A stretch of DNA of 26,006 nucleotides, from NCBI GenBank assembly GCA_037381445.1, contig JARRQT010000019.1, positions 1 to 26,006 of the forward strand, in the 5' to 3' direction. A program made the translations under genes and the position numbers. The DNA is from Calditrichia bacterium (GTDB lineage Bacteria; Calditrichota; Calditrichia; RBG-13-44-9). Of the stretch, positions 24,378-26,006 are shown one piece after another (the stretch's first letter is position 1; the number at the start of each line of letters is the position of its first letter). Under the pieces are notes generated by a model. The model searched no databases, had not been told where the DNA came from, and saw only the letters and a list, made by a program, of their open reading frames with translations.

Positions 24378-25418
24378 CTATTTGAGAAGCTGACTGACCG
24401 AGCGCTTCTTGTTGATATTGTAGATTACCTTCGCAAAAAGCGGCGCCACGCTCACCTCTTCATACCACGGGGTGTTCTGTACGAAGGATTCACCCCAGAA
24501 AACCGCATCGGTGCCGATAATCAGTTTTATGACCCCGTCCTTGTAGGCGCGGTCGATGCGTTCCACGGCATTTCCGTTAAAGAAGGGAAGGCTGATTGCC
24601 ACGTAGATGTCACGCGCTCCGTTCTCTTTAAGAAGGGCGGCGGCGTGGAGCAGTGTTCCGCCGGTAGCGATCATATCATCCACCATCAGAACGTCCTTGT
24701 TTTTGACATCACCTACCAGCCGCATGCTTTCCACCTGGCTGACCCGGCTGTAATCCCTGGCTTTGTCCACAATGGCCAGACCGGTCCCCAAAATCTTCGA
24801 ATAGTGGCGGGCGCGGTCCGCGCTGCCCACATCGGGGCCGGTAACAACCAGATTTCTGGTATCCAGTTTCACCTTGTTAATGAGATGATCGATAATTTCG
24901 CCGGAAGCATGCATATCTTCCAGTTTGGTAAAATTGAAGAAGCCCTGGATTGCTTCGGCGTGAATGTCCAGCGTCAATACCCGCTGGGCTCCCGAACTTT
25001 CGAGAAGATTGGCAACCAGTTTGGCGCTGATGGCTTCACGGGTTTTTCTGCGCTCCTGCCGGGCATAGGGATATTGGGGAATGACAACCGTGATGTGATC
25101 GGGATCGGCCTGATAGGCGGCGTGGATTCCTGTAACCAGCGCCATCAGATTGTCGTTTACGGAGCGGTCGCTCAGCGGATCGTCAATACACTGGATAATG
25201 TAAACATCATCCCCGCGGATAAATTCATTGATCACCACTTTTACTTCGCCGTTGGGGAAAACGATTTCGCTGGTGTCCCGTAATTTATATTCGCTCTCTT
25301 CTTTCTGGTCTCTGGCAATTTTGTTCAGTGCATCGATAATCCGGCCGGCAAAGCTGCGCCCCGAATTACATGCCATAATGGAAAGTGCGCCTCGACTTTC
25401 TAACGGACTTACCTGCAT
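24378..25418 (-). CDS. prs: ribose-phosphate pyrophosphokinase
   Basis: Motifs FPNGEVKV, IRGDDVYIIQ, SVNDNLM, PYARQER...REAISAKLVA, TLDIHAEAIQGFF, GPDVGS..RA and the PRPP-binding VDDMIATGGT. Confidence 0.96.
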   Translation of the reverse strand: MQVSPLESRGALSIMACNSGRSFAGRIIDALNKIARDQKEESEYKLRDTSEIVFPNGEVKVVINEFIRGDDVYIIQCIDDPLSDRSVNDNLMALVTGIHAAYQADPDHITVVIPQYPYARQERRKTREAISAKLVANLLESSGAQRVLTLDIHAEAIQGFFNFTKLEDMHASGEIIDHLINKVKLDTRNLVVTGPDVGSADRARHYSKILGTGLAIVDKARDYSRVSQVESMRLVGDVKNKDVLMVDDMIATGGTLLHAAALLKENGARDIYVAISLPFFNGNAVERIDRAYKDGVIKLIIGTDAVFWGESFVQNTPWYEEVSVAPLFAKVIYNINKKRSVSQLLK

Positions 25419-25440
25419 TTTTTATTCTCTGCTCCTCTGC

Positions 25441-26006
25441 TTAAACATCTTGACATCTCAATATGCTTTTATCTTTGTCGGAGACAATGCCGCCTGCTTC
25501 CCGGACCATGAGCGCGCCTGCGGCAATATCCCAGATGCTCAGTCCCAATTCCCAGAAACCGTCAAAGCGGCCTTTGGCGGTATAGGCCAGATCAAGCGCC
25601 GCGGACCCTAAACGCCGCATGCCGCTGCATCGCAGAAAGATTTCTTCAAACGCCAGCAGGTAGAGGGGCAGGTAATCCTTGGAACGAAAAGGGAATCCGG
25701 TGGCAATCAGCGACGCCTTCAGATTTCTGCTGCCCACCTGCATCTGCTCACCGTTGCAAAACGCGCCGCTTCCTTTTTCGGCGGCAAAAAGCTCATCCCG
25801 AACGGGATCGTAAATTACCCCTGCAATTAATTCTTTTTTCTTTTGCAGAGCGATGGAAACGCAGAAAACCGGCACATCCTGTATGTGGTTTTTGGTCCCG
25901 TCGAGCGGATCGATTATCCAGCGATAATCGGCGTCCGAATCGTTTGCGGTTCCTTCCTCCGCCAGGATTCTGTGATCCGGGAAATTTTCCAGCAGCAATT
26001 CGACAA
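25441..26006 (-). CDS. suhB: inositol monophosphatase family protein; 5' end outside the window and C-terminus apparently truncated
   Basis: The frame is open to the window edge (VELLLENFPDHRILAEE). Motifs WIIDPLDGTKN, GVIYDP..DELF.A.KG.GA, ATGFP, RRLGSAALDLAY.A.GRFDGFWE and WDIAAG.LMVREAGGIVSD. It then ends after only 11 more residues. Confidence 0.88.
   Translation of the reverse strand, partial: VELLLENFPDHRILAEEGTANDSDADYRWIIDPLDGTKNHIQDVPVFCVSIALQKKKELIAGVIYDPVRDELFAAEKGSGAFCNGEQMQVGSRNLKASLIATGFPFRSKDYLPLYLLAFEEIFLRCSGMRRLGSAALDLAYTAKGRFDGFWELGLSIWDIAAGALMVREAGGIVSDKDKSILRCQDV

Noticed and set aside
24645..25611. + strand ORFs of 212 aa and 127 aa opposite prs and suhB
   Set aside because: They are typical antisense shadow frames of conserved genes.
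1..26006. CRISPR array, tRNA/rRNA, IS element, integrase, prophage or defence genes
   Set aside because: I found no regularly spaced repeats, cloverleaf or rRNA signatures, terminal inverted repeats, or transposase, integrase or defence motifs by eye.

Overview
A ~26 kb stretch of bacterial chromosome, gene-dense and of moderate GC. The proteins look like those of a deep-branching FCB-group organism, possibly Calditrichota or Ignavibacteria; this is inferred from protein families, not a database search. Left block (+): a Big_5/Ig-like lipoprotein and dapF, then a tightly coupled TPR lipoprotein-manC-hypothetical-PilZ operon. Middle block (-): a surface/secreted protein cluster with a 1372-aa Asp-box (VPS10/BNR) beta-propeller, a 1012-aa HExxH gluzincin, and three lipoproteins. 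The propeller and the gluzincin both end in a T9SS-type-A/FlgD-like C-terminal sorting domain. Right block: two tandem lytic transglycosylases (Slt-like and MltD-like), a STAS anti-anti-sigma factor, nfi, pcm, an M50 protease and a membrane protein, then prs and a partial suhB on the - strand. I saw no rRNA, tRNA, CRISPR array, transposase, integrase or phage gene. Most notable: (1) a start-less LysM reading frame missing from the ORF track, which shows the MltD-like gene is broken near 19780; (2) a similar C-terminal loss in suhB, with the hexamer CCGACA at both apparent junctions; (3) strong enrichment of the Bacteroidota O-glycosylation sequon D-[S/T]-[AILVMT] in the exported proteins, next to manC; (4) a lipoprotein-protease-lipoprotein operon; (5) a Pcm with a signal-peptide-like N-terminus.
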